IMG/VR virus record: IMGVR_UViG_3300019487_000024
Coordinates: 1-64,000 of that record
Direction: 5' to 3' (one strand)
Source of the DNA: a virus
Length of the DNA: 64,000 nucleotides
Shown here: positions 8,331-17,144 of the stretch, in pieces
Layout of the letters: each line of letters opens with the position of its first letter
Position numbering within the stretch: the stretch's first letter is position 1
Notes under the pieces: generated by a model
What the model was told of the DNA's origin: nothing
What the model saw: only the letters and a program-made list of their open reading frames with translations
Databases searched by the model: none
Program-made: the position numbers and the translations under genes

Positions 8331-10532
8331 ATGGCAGACCAAGAGTATTTACAAAACATTGCGGGTTCTCCTCACATTGATGAAGGTCTAGGCGACAGAA
8401 TTTTCTCACGAGGAAGTTCCGCCCTCCAACGTTTGGGTTCCGTCGCAGGTGGTTCATTTGCAGACCCAAACTACACAAAGGTTGAGTCTCTCTTCAACAC
8501 TTTCCTCAAGAAAATAATTCCTGTACTGAAGGATTTTTCCGAAGGTCCACACAGCGTCGCCAATCGCCTTGGACAAATGCGACCCGGACTTACCCCTCAA
8601 CACGAATCGGAAATCCAAAAGCTTCAGGGATTGTATGACTTATTGGTTCCATCTCAATTTCGTCAGCATCAAGTAGCCAATAGTGTTTTGGCTCCTCGCA
8701 ATCGTTCTCAACTTGGAGAATTGTTAAAGGAAGGTCTCTTCACAAGAGACATGGCTCTAAACAAAGCTTTGTATTCCAACGACCCAAAGAAAATTATTGA
8801 TGCTTACACAAACAAAATCAAAGGTGCTTACGATACATTCATTACGGATGCAATGAAAGTTACGGGAGCACCAAAGGATTACATCAAGAGAGTTGTTAGT
8901 AATCTAAATACAAAGTGGGCAAACGTCATAAACAAAGTTGAACAGTCGGTTGGTCCCTCGGTTCCTGCCCCTTCTGCTCCAACTACCCCACCACCAACAC
9001 TTGCGGCACCACCCACTGCACCATCTCCTGCTGATGCTACAGCAACGGCGAAACCTGAAAATGAGCCTCTTCAAGCAAAGTCTGCGGAAGATGATTTTGT
9101 TGTTCTAACTTCAAATGTAATTGACATTCTAATTGAAGCAGTTAAGGGTGATGAAAAACTTGCTGCGGCATTTTTCAAACCATCTAAAGATGGAGGACCG
9201 GGACTTGATCCATTGCCACAAAATTGGAATGAACCATCCATTACCAAAGAAGCAGATGAACCCGAACCTGCGGCTGAAAAAGATGCGTCCGATCCCACAG
9301 GAGATGTTGAAGATGACGCAAGTGGAGAAAACCACGAATTCCTTTACAATTTTCACTCTCTTTATCGAAAGCAACGTAATTTTGCCATTGATGTTCCAAT
9401 CCATGACAAGAGCAAGGCTACCTTCGTAAATCGTCGCAGTAAAACGACGAGTGATATTCAAGTCACTTGGAGCAACGCAAGTCATGAAAATAGCATTTAC
9501 GTGAAGTACACTCCACGAGGAGAAAAGAAAAACGAACCCGCAACGAAATCCAAAGGTGGGCAAATTCTTCTCTTCAAGTTTTGGGACAACCAAGTCAATC
9601 CACGTAATCCAGAGTCTAACAAGTTTAGTATCAAAACACTCTTGACACAGGCTAATCAAGGTGCTGACAAATTGATTGCGGGAGCTAATCCCGAACTGAT
9701 TGCTTCCACCGAGAAAAAGACCGATCAACTTCAACGATCACTTTACGCTACGGTCAGTCGTAAACGAATGGAATTCAAACCAAAACCATTCCAACTCACT
9801 CATGATGACGATGGAAATGTATTCCGTGTCAAACGTGATGGAACAACGGTAGCAGTATCAAAAGAAGAATTGAAAGCACACCTTACAAGTAAGGATGCTT
9901 CGGAACGTGAACGATGGACTTCTTCGTTGGAGAAGATTGGATACTTCAAAAAATTCCCAATGGATTCAACTCCAAAAGAAGAGATTACAATAGACAAGAT
10001 TCCTGCTGCAATGGATGCTGTAAAAGCTCTTGGAACTCTTGGTCATAAGTCCATTGCCTCTATGAAGGCAGTTCAATCAGCCGTAGATGAACTTGGACCA
10101 AAAGCATCAACGGAGGAGTATCTGAAGCTTGCTTTGTCTAAAGCGTCGGGAGTTACTGCAACAACTTCCACATCTTCTACACCAGTAAGTGCTCCTGTAT
10201 CAGCACCCGTGACTGCCCCGGTGTCCGCCCCCGTTTCGGCACCTGTGACTGCACCAGTTTCTACTGAAAAACCAACACCGGAAAAGGCTCCATCCAAACC
10301 CGGAAAACAAGAATTGGGCAAGGCAACATTTGATGACACAGGAGTTATCACATGGGAAAAGCCAAATGGAAAAACAGTCAAAATGACTCCTAAGCAGTTG
10401 AAGAATATGAAAAGCCCTCGGCTTGAGCTTCTTTTGACTAAGATGGGGTACTTCAAAAAGTTTCCTGCGGCAATGAAAGAGTGGTTGGACGAAGAAACGG
10501 TCAATCCGTTTGATCCCGCCAATCTGCTCTAA
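8331..10532 (+). CDS. Multidomain putative head-internal protein with a RuvA-C-like domain
   Basis: Pro/Ala linkers, duplicated L.K.GYFKKFP module, DAVKALGTLG...STEEYLKLAL segment, PV(S/T)A x7 repeat. Confidence 0.6.
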   Translation: MADQEYLQNIAGSPHIDEGLGDRIFSRGSSALQRLGSVAGGSFADPNYTKVESLFNTFLKKIIPVLKDFSEGPHSVANRLGQMRPGLTPQHESEIQKLQGLYDLLVPSQFRQHQVANSVLAPRNRSQLGELLKEGLFTRDMALNKALYSNDPKKIIDAYTNKIKGAYDTFITDAMKVTGAPKDYIKRVVSNLNTKWANVINKVEQSVGPSVPAPSAPTTPPPTLAAPPTAPSPADATATAKPENEPLQAKSAEDDFVVLTSNVIDILIEAVKGDEKLAAAFFKPSKDGGPGLDPLPQNWNEPSITKEADEPEPAAEKDASDPTGDVEDDASGENHEFLYNFHSLYRKQRNFAIDVPIHDKSKATFVNRRSKTTSDIQVTWSNASHENSIYVKYTPRGEKKNEPATKSKGGQILLFKFWDNQVNPRNPESNKFSIKTLLTQANQGADKLIAGANPELIASTEKKTDQLQRSLYATVSRKRMEFKPKPFQLTHDDDGNVFRVKRDGTTVAVSKEELKAHLTSKDASERERWTSSLEKIGYFKKFPMDSTPKEEITIDKIPAAMDAVKALGTLGHKSIASMKAVQSAVDELGPKASTEEYLKLALSKASGVTATTSTSSTPVSAPVSAPVTAPVSAPVSAPVTAPVSTEKPTPEKAPSKPGKQELGKATFDDTGVITWEKPNGKTVKMTPKQLKNMKSPRLELLLTKMGYFKKFPAAMKEWLDEETVNPFDPANLL
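10181..10262 (+). repeat. Coding tandem repeat PV(S/T)A x7
   Basis: 12-nt period; near-perfect peptide repeat with diverged synonymous codons. Confidence 0.8.
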
Positions 10533-10575
10533 TTATAACCCCATATTTGGTCAGTTTGATCATATTTATAAACGT

Positions 10576-11964
10576 ATGACCAAGTTCAAACACCTACTTA
10601 GAGAGATTCATGATGCTGAATCGTTAACCCCACGGGACGTTTACAACTTCTACTATCTTTGGCATACCGCCGTAAACAATCCCCAATCGGTTGAGACTCA
10701 ATATGGAAAAGAAATTCTCAACTACTATCTAGATCAGTTTAAGGCAAAATACGTTAAGCTTTTCACCCGAATAATGGCAAAGCAAATTGCCAAATACGTT
10801 GCCCGCAAACGTGTGGATGCCGACTTCCCAAGCGGACAAAATCTCGATACTGCAAATCCAGAAACTCTATTGGGTTTGATGAAAAAGACCCTCCGCTCGG
10901 ACATGCAACGCCGAAATGATAAGTGGGAAATGGTTGGTGAATTTTTGATCAACCTTGCAAAAGCCAACTCAGCCAAAGACAAATTTCTGTGGATCAATCA
11001 AATTAACAACGCTGTACATAACACTCAAACACGAGTGATGGACAAGCTTCCAAACTATCACAGTGAACTCACACGAGCGTTTGGGGTTGTTGACAAGGCA
11101 AAGAATGCTGATGCTCTGCGTCAATTTGTTGATAAAGACATCCGAGATTTGAGAGATCAAGAACACGAAATGACAGAGGGCGTTGGAAAAACTACTGTGG
11201 TTTGGACGGGAACTATTTCGGAGGGACTTGAAAAAATTGTGATGTCTCCACACATGTTGGCTCAACTTGATGTACCAACTGCCCCGGCATCTACATTTGC
11301 AACGGATAAGCCTGCCTTCATACAACCACCCGAAGGAGAAGGAACGGACGACCGTGACGCCGGTGGTAATTTGAAAGACTTGCCAATTGCTGAAGAAGAT
11401 GATTTTGATTTCTATGGTAATTTGGGTAAGAAGATTGACGCATCTACTCCACATGGAAAACAAACCGGAATTCCTTTGATCAAAAAGCCCGTTGGAAAAC
11501 CATCCGACGATGATAAACAGGACGACAAGTTCAAATTGGGTGCTCTGCAAGAGGAAGAAGATTTTGATTTCTATGGAAACAAGGGAAAGAAAATTGATGC
11601 ATCTACCCCAATGGGAAAATCTACAAACATTCCAACTTTCAGTAAAGGAAACCCATCTACCAAGAAGCCCGAAGACAAGGGAAAGACTGGTGGAGATACT
11701 GATCAGTTCAAATTGGGAGCTTTGCAAGAAGCACTCAAAGGAAGCATTTCCGATGAAGATCGGCAGAACGTAGCCTTTATGTCTGGCTTGAAGTTAGCAA
11801 CTAATGACAAGGTACAAGGTAAAAAACGTAATTTGAGCGGATACCCCTCGGATTTTGTACGTGGGTATAAAATGGTAGGGCAGGAAGGATTTTGGTCCAA
11901 GTTCAATGACAAATTGACTCAGTGGGCGGCAAGTTTTGGGAGCAGCTATGGGCGACGATTCTGA
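10576..11964 (+). CDS. Putative head-internal protein with an internal duplicated module
   Basis: Start 10576 just after TATTTATA (10563). N-terminus KFKHLLREI; two copies of EEDFDFYGN.GKKIDASTP.GK...FKLGALQE. Confidence 0.65.
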   Translation: MTKFKHLLREIHDAESLTPRDVYNFYYLWHTAVNNPQSVETQYGKEILNYYLDQFKAKYVKLFTRIMAKQIAKYVARKRVDADFPSGQNLDTANPETLLGLMKKTLRSDMQRRNDKWEMVGEFLINLAKANSAKDKFLWINQINNAVHNTQTRVMDKLPNYHSELTRAFGVVDKAKNADALRQFVDKDIRDLRDQEHEMTEGVGKTTVVWTGTISEGLEKIVMSPHMLAQLDVPTAPASTFATDKPAFIQPPEGEGTDDRDAGGNLKDLPIAEEDDFDFYGNLGKKIDASTPHGKQTGIPLIKKPVGKPSDDDKQDDKFKLGALQEEEDFDFYGNKGKKIDASTPMGKSTNIPTFSKGNPSTKKPEDKGKTGGDTDQFKLGALQEALKGSISDEDRQNVAFMSGLKLATNDKVQGKKRNLSGYPSDFVRGYKMVGQEGFWSKFNDKLTQWAASFGSSYGRRF

Positions 11965-12042
11965 AAACTCCCTGTATATCGAATATCCTGATCTTCATTC
12001 TTTATTTCTTAGTACTTATTCTTTCGAATCGAAGTACTTCGA

Positions 12043-12071
12043 ATTATAACAGGATGAAAATTTCCTGTCAA
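12043..12071 (-). promoter_or_regulatory. Perfect sigma70 consensus promoter pointing antisense
   Basis: Minus strand reads TTGACA-GGAAATTTTCATCCTGT(17)-TATAAT. Confidence 0.7.
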
Positions 12072-12087
12072 GTTTTTATAAACAAGT

Positions 12088-12681
12088 ATGAATGACGCAG
12101 CAACAATAGCTCCTCCCGCCAGTAAAAATAATGACTACATCCTGTACCTAGACATGGATGGTGTGTTGGTTGATTTCAATGGAGGATTCTCCAAGCTTTC
12201 AAATGGCATGGATTTGAAGCAATTTGCTCAGGATAAGGGAGATGCAGCCGCTCGTGATCAATACCTTCAAGCGGGAGCAAAGTTTTGGGCAGGTTTGGAT
12301 TGGATTCATGGAGGAAAAGAACTATGGGAAGCCTCTTCTCGTTTATTCGAAAGGGTCTGTATCCTGTCTTCGGCTGGTACAACGAACGAAGAGAAGGCTG
12401 CGGTCGTTGCCACTGGTAAAAGGGCATGGTTAAAGAAGCATATTCCATCCCTTCCTTCTGACCGAATTTTTATAGTTCCCGGTAAACACCGTAAACAAGA
12501 GTTTGCTGCCAAAAATACCATTTTGGTGGACGACGTAGCAGTTACCATCAAACAATGGAATCAACAAGGTGGATACGGCATTCTCCACGACTCCCGTCAA
12601 TATAAAAAGACCATTGAAGATTTGGAGGATATTGCGGGACCAATCAAGCTTTCAGAAATCGTGAAACGCTTCAAGAAGTGA
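12088..12681 (+). CDS. HAD-superfamily 5'(3')-deoxyribonucleotidase-like phosphatase
   Basis: Motif I YLDMDGVLVDF, ILSS, GK..W, ILVDD. Confidence 0.85.
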   Translation: MNDAATIAPPASKNNDYILYLDMDGVLVDFNGGFSKLSNGMDLKQFAQDKGDAAARDQYLQAGAKFWAGLDWIHGGKELWEASSRLFERVCILSSAGTTNEEKAAVVATGKRAWLKKHIPSLPSDRIFIVPGKHRKQEFAAKNTILVDDVAVTIKQWNQQGGYGILHDSRQYKKTIEDLEDIAGPIKLSEIVKRFKK

Positions 12682-12693
12682 TATTTATAAAGT

Positions 12694-13791
12694 ATGGACA
12701 AGGATTTACAGAGAGTCATTAACGAAACCATCATTGAGTTCTTTGAGAACTCTCCTATTAAGATGGTTGAGAAGGGCACTCGTGTAGAGGAATTTGATGT
12801 CTGTCCACATTGCAAAAAGGAAATCTACGAGCGTCATGAGTACACCGAAGATGGTGGAAAAACTTGGAGACATTCTGAGTGCAAAGGTCTGATTGACCGC
12901 CCTCCAATTGATCCCAATACGGTTGCTCCTTGGCTTCGTAAATATCTCACTGAGAAGATTGACATTCCAAGTGGAGAGGAAAAGTATTCCAAACAAGAAC
13001 CGGGTGGTGAAATGTCGGCTGTGAACTGCAACGAAGCCGCATTCCGAATTTACAACGAAACACTATGTCCCGATTTGTGGGATGAATGTCAACATCTTGA
13101 CCCACGAGTTCGTGTGAATCTTCTTAGAGCCGCATATGATTTTTACAAGAAGACAAAATTCGCTGCACCAATTATTGATGTTTGGTTGATGGGGTCTATT
13201 GCCAACTACAACTGGACGCCTGAAAGCGATGCCGATGTTCATATCATCATTGATTTTTCGGCATTAAAAATGCCGCCCGAAACTGCTTCCAAAGTTGCTA
13301 AAGCTGCCGGGGCTGCTTGGAACAAAGAGCACAACATTTTTGTCAAAGGTCACAAGGTAGAAATCAACATCCAAAGTGTAAAGGCTGAGAAGCCATATGT
13401 GATGGGTATCTACTCTTTGGTGAAGGATGAATGGATTCGTCAACCACGAAGAATCAACGTCAACATCGACAAGTCACTTATTCAACAAAAATTTGGAGAG
13501 ATGAAGAAGTATGTTGAGTTTGCACTCAAATCCGGTAATAGGGAAGAGATGAAAAAGACCAAGGACTTCTTGGATGACTATCGTCAATATGGACTTGATA
13601 CAGGTGGAGAATTGAGTGTTGAAAACATTGTTTACAAAATCCTCCGAGCGAAGGGACTTGTCAAGCAACTAAAGGATTCAATCACGGCGACATACGATCA
13701 AGAAATGACTGTGGATGAAATTACTCAGAAAGAGATTCCTGCTAAACATCCCGACCATACTGCTCTGAATCCAGACAAAAACAGACTATGA
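12694..13791 (+). CDS. Pol-beta-superfamily nucleotidyltransferase-domain protein with N-terminal Zn ribbon
   Basis: hGS(IANYNW)...SDADVHIIID motif, later VEINIQ and GELSVEN; CPHC...HSEC at the N-terminus. Confidence 0.7.
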   Translation: MDKDLQRVINETIIEFFENSPIKMVEKGTRVEEFDVCPHCKKEIYERHEYTEDGGKTWRHSECKGLIDRPPIDPNTVAPWLRKYLTEKIDIPSGEEKYSKQEPGGEMSAVNCNEAAFRIYNETLCPDLWDECQHLDPRVRVNLLRAAYDFYKKTKFAAPIIDVWLMGSIANYNWTPESDADVHIIIDFSALKMPPETASKVAKAAGAAWNKEHNIFVKGHKVEINIQSVKAEKPYVMGIYSLVKDEWIRQPRRINVNIDKSLIQQKFGEMKKYVEFALKSGNREEMKKTKDFLDDYRQYGLDTGGELSVENIVYKILRAKGLVKQLKDSITATYDQEMTVDEITQKEIPAKHPDHTALNPDKNRL

Positions 13792-13792
13792 C

Positions 13793-14677
13793 ATGTCCAA
13801 GCTTACTCTTGGAAATTTGAAGTCGCTCATTGCAAAAGATAGAAGTTTTCTAAAAATTGCTCGGCGGGATGAACGATGGGCAGCACAAATTCCAACATTT
13901 GAAGCAAGGATAAAGTTGTATGTTGCTGAACTGAAGCGAAGACTTAAATACATCAACGATCCGGTCATGGAGGGACACGACGCCGGTTATGATGCTGCCG
14001 TCGATTTTCACGAACGCCGTGACCGAGAGTTAGAGGACTTGGCACGGCTTTTGAAACAAAGCCAAGGAAAAGGCAGAGTTCCTTGGAAGACTGTACCCGC
14101 CTCTTTATTGAAACGTGTATGGCTCCAATTTGGAAAATATCATCGCATCAAGGAAAATGATCTTGATAAGATTGCCGATCAGATTATGACTAACATTGCT
14201 CGTCTTCAAGCATCTACTGAAATGATGGGACATACTTCTCATGATGTTCGTCCAGAATTGGCTGACAATGGATATGAGTTTTCGGATGAAGAATGGGAAG
14301 ATTGGATGACCAGTTATTTTGCAGACGAAGAAGGAAGTTGGAGACTTAGTGATTATGGACTTGAGCCATTGAAGCACATTTACGTTGACATTTTCAACGC
14401 CCAAACTCCCGAAGAAAAACTTTATGCATGTGACAAGGCATTGAATGTCGTTCATAGACGTAGTGACTTGGCGGCAATGTTTATTGAAGGTGGAACAGCT
14501 ACCCTCAACGCTGTAGCAAGTCAAGGAGGATACACCGCTCCCGACGATGTAACAGAAGGATTTGGGTGGGTTCATCAGAAAGACATCAAAAAAGACCCAC
14601 TTCACATTCCCGGCGAAAGATGGCGGATTAAGTGGTATTCCAAGCGAAAAACTCCTAAAATGAAAGAGGAGGAATAA
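13793..14677 (+). CDS. Hypothetical helical protein, putative head-internal
   Basis: Long ORF between the NTase and tail tube; LSDYGLEPL...LNVVH...FIEGG. Confidence 0.6.
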   Translation: MSKLTLGNLKSLIAKDRSFLKIARRDERWAAQIPTFEARIKLYVAELKRRLKYINDPVMEGHDAGYDAAVDFHERRDRELEDLARLLKQSQGKGRVPWKTVPASLLKRVWLQFGKYHRIKENDLDKIADQIMTNIARLQASTEMMGHTSHDVRPELADNGYEFSDEEWEDWMTSYFADEEGSWRLSDYGLEPLKHIYVDIFNAQTPEEKLYACDKALNVVHRRSDLAAMFIEGGTATLNAVASQGGYTAPDDVTEGFGWVHQKDIKKDPLHIPGERWRIKWYSKRKTPKMKEEE

Positions 14678-14751
14678 CACACAATTTTCTGAATTATTCT
14701 CGTGACAGGCATATATTTATAACCTAGAGACGAAAACAAAACGAACCTATT

Positions 14752-15243
14752 ATGGCAGACCTTCTCACAAATAATGAAATGTTCTATACGATCTGGGAGC
14801 CAAAGACCAAGAATCGCTTCCTGATGTATATTGACGGCATTCCAACCTACCTCATTCGCAAGACTGACCGCCCAAAGTGGACGCAGGAGCGTAAGACCAT
14901 TGATTACATCAATCTCCAATGGTTCTACAAAGGAAAGACGGTATGGGATCAGATTACCGTGGAACTTTACGACCCCGTTGTTCCTTCGGGTGCTCAAACC
15001 GTTTTTGAATGGTTCCGTCTCTCTCACGAATCTGTCACTGGTCGTGACGGCTATCAAGACTTCTATAAAAAGGAAGTCACCATCGACGTTCTTGGTCCCG
15101 TTGGTGATAAGGTTGAGGAATGGACTCTCAAGGGTTGCTTCCCTACCTCCTTTGATGGTGGTGAACTTAACTGGACGGACAGTGGAGACCCCGTAATCAT
15201 CACGCTCCAATTGAGCTACGATTACGCAATCCTCCAGTACTAA
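14752..15243 (+). CDS. Tail tube protein (gp19-like)
   Basis: EPK..NRF, KGKTVWDQITVELYD, FEWFRL, EEWTLKGCFP, LSYDYA; 163 aa. Confidence 0.9.
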   Translation: MADLLTNNEMFYTIWEPKTKNRFLMYIDGIPTYLIRKTDRPKWTQERKTIDYINLQWFYKGKTVWDQITVELYDPVVPSGAQTVFEWFRLSHESVTGRDGYQDFYKKEVTIDVLGPVGDKVEEWTLKGCFPTSFDGGELNWTDSGDPVIITLQLSYDYAILQY

Positions 15244-15261
15244 GGATTCGTTTCTTTCAAG

Positions 15262-15289
15262 AAAGCCCCGCATGATGTGGGGCTTTTTT
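15262..15289 (+). terminator. Rho-independent terminator
   Basis: AAAGCCCCGCA-tga-TGTGGGGCTTTTTT after the tube gene. Confidence 0.85.
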
Positions 15290-15327
15290 GTTGTACTTTA
15301 CTTGTGCCTTGCGATATTTATAACCAT

Positions 15328-16197
15328 ATGAAGCAAGAACTCTTGGAATACATCATCCGTGCCTGCGTAAAGGAAGTTTTGACTCAAGTCAATGAATCTG
15401 AGATGGACGCTAAAACTTATGCAGATACGTTTAAGATTCCGGAAAAAGATTTGCCATTTGTTCAAGATTTAATGTCCAAGCATGGACTTTCATATGCCGA
15501 GGCAGTAAGAGACTATTTGGAAATGTATGGTTCTAATCAAAAAGGAAAGCCGATTAAATTTGATGATCAACCGTCACATATAGGAAGACGCTTCAAAGAG
15601 GAAGAAGAGAAAGGTGCTCCTGCTCCACCCGCAGACGGTCAAGGAACGGCAGACCAACCACCAATTCCAAAAGCAGACGCAGCCGACACTTCCACTGAAG
15701 AGCCTAAACAAGATGAACCAGAGGCACCGGCACCAGATGTAAAAGGTATTTTTCTTGTAAATCCAAGAGACAAAGCCAAGCGTCAAAAAGTTCCTCTTCG
15801 TGATGGAGACGATGCTTCTTTGGAACGTAATCTCCATAGTGTAGCTGCTGCGTTAGCAGGCTCACAAGTTAAGATTGCAATTTCTACCATGCGAATGGTA
15901 AAGGATGCCGTTCGTAATCCAAATGCATCTGTCTATCTTTATCTCGGAAAATACGACCCACAATCCGATGAAGTCTTTTTGATGGCAGATAAGAGTCTTC
16001 AAGTAGCTAAAGACTCAAGTGTTCCTCCCAATGAAATTGCATCGGGACCAACATATGTTTCTCACATCAAAAATCCAACTGATCAAGAGCTTGCTAGGAA
16101 CATGGCAACTGGCGGACGCACCGTGCCCGTTCCTGTGAATGAAAATTTGAAAGCCAAAATCAAGTCTATGGTCAATGAACTTTTGGACTCTAAGTAA
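15328..16197 (+). CDS. Hypothetical, putative head-internal protein
   Basis: Start after TATTTATA (15315). N-terminal LEYIIRACVKEVL and C-terminal LKAKIKSMVNELL motifs. Confidence 0.6.
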   Translation: MKQELLEYIIRACVKEVLTQVNESEMDAKTYADTFKIPEKDLPFVQDLMSKHGLSYAEAVRDYLEMYGSNQKGKPIKFDDQPSHIGRRFKEEEEKGAPAPPADGQGTADQPPIPKADAADTSTEEPKQDEPEAPAPDVKGIFLVNPRDKAKRQKVPLRDGDDASLERNLHSVAAALAGSQVKIAISTMRMVKDAVRNPNASVYLYLGKYDPQSDEVFLMADKSLQVAKDSSVPPNEIASGPTYVSHIKNPTDQELARNMATGGRTVPVPVNENLKAKIKSMVNELLDSK

Positions 16198-16199
16198 TT

Positions 16200-16532
16200 A
16201 TGTCAAACATCAAACGAAGTCAACTTGAGTCTCTGATTCGTCAAATTGTGACTGAGATTCTATCATCGTCTGATATTCAGGCGATGGTTGACAAGAATCC
16301 TGAATTGGATTCGTCCACGGCTCCAGAAGATGCTATGACTCCTGCGGAAAAGGCTCGTATTGAGCGTGACGCAGAACTTCAGCGTCAAAAAGACATTCGT
16401 CAAAAGAGCACGGAATTGGATGCAAAGAAGAAGGAAATGGAATTCAACAAGAAGAAACTTGACCAACAAAAGCGGTTCGACATTCCAAACGCCACGAAAG
16501 ACCTTCAACGCCTCAAGGGAGCAAAAATCTAA
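16200..16532 (+). CDS. Small coiled-coil, putative head-internal protein
   Basis: IKRSQLESLIRQIVTEIL N-terminus. Confidence 0.6.
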   Translation: MSNIKRSQLESLIRQIVTEILSSSDIQAMVDKNPELDSSTAPEDAMTPAEKARIERDAELQRQKDIRQKSTELDAKKKEMEFNKKKLDQQKRFDIPNATKDLQRLKGAKI

Positions 16533-17044
16533 AATTTTTTATTTTGTTTTGCAGTTTCGTAGAAACTTTTGAGAGCTTGGTACATTATTTCTGGAGTACT
16601 AGTTCCTTTTAACGCATTTACTCCCCAACAACAGAATACGATGTTTTCTGGTAAATATCCAATGTCTGAATTTATTCTATCCAAAGAAATGGAAAATAGA
16701 CTCCTAGACGGGTCTTCCAACCGTTTTATTTTCATCTCAACTCCGGTATAATAACACTTTCCTCCTTGTTTTTCATACTGATTTTTGAGATCATTTATTG
16801 TCAATGTGAATTCAAGAGGTATTCCTTTCTTTTTATGTCGTGGTGAAACTGAAAGGAAATCATAAAATCGTTTCATTAGTAATTGTTTGGGGTCATTACT
16901 AGAACGTAACTCTTGTCTGCTTTTAACTGCTCTAGCTTTTCCACATGTTTTACACCAAGACAGATAGACGTTTTTCTTTTTGTTCAAATAGAATTCGTCT
17001 AAGGATTTAACTTGTTTACATTTTGGACATTGTTTGTGAGTCAT
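16529..17044 (-). mobile_element. Free-standing HNH-type homing endonuclease
   Basis: CPKC...CKTC, Q.GKCYYTG, SLDRINSDIGY..ENIVFCC..VN..K. AT-rich; opposite strand; own TATTTATA (17060-17067, minus). Confidence 0.8.
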
Positions 17045-17144
17045 AATATATCTTGTGATTATAAATATATTTTTTTGAAGAAAAATGATGAATTTTTTGA
17101 GAATTTGTCTATGTATTCTCAAAGGTAACAACCATAGAAAGTTT

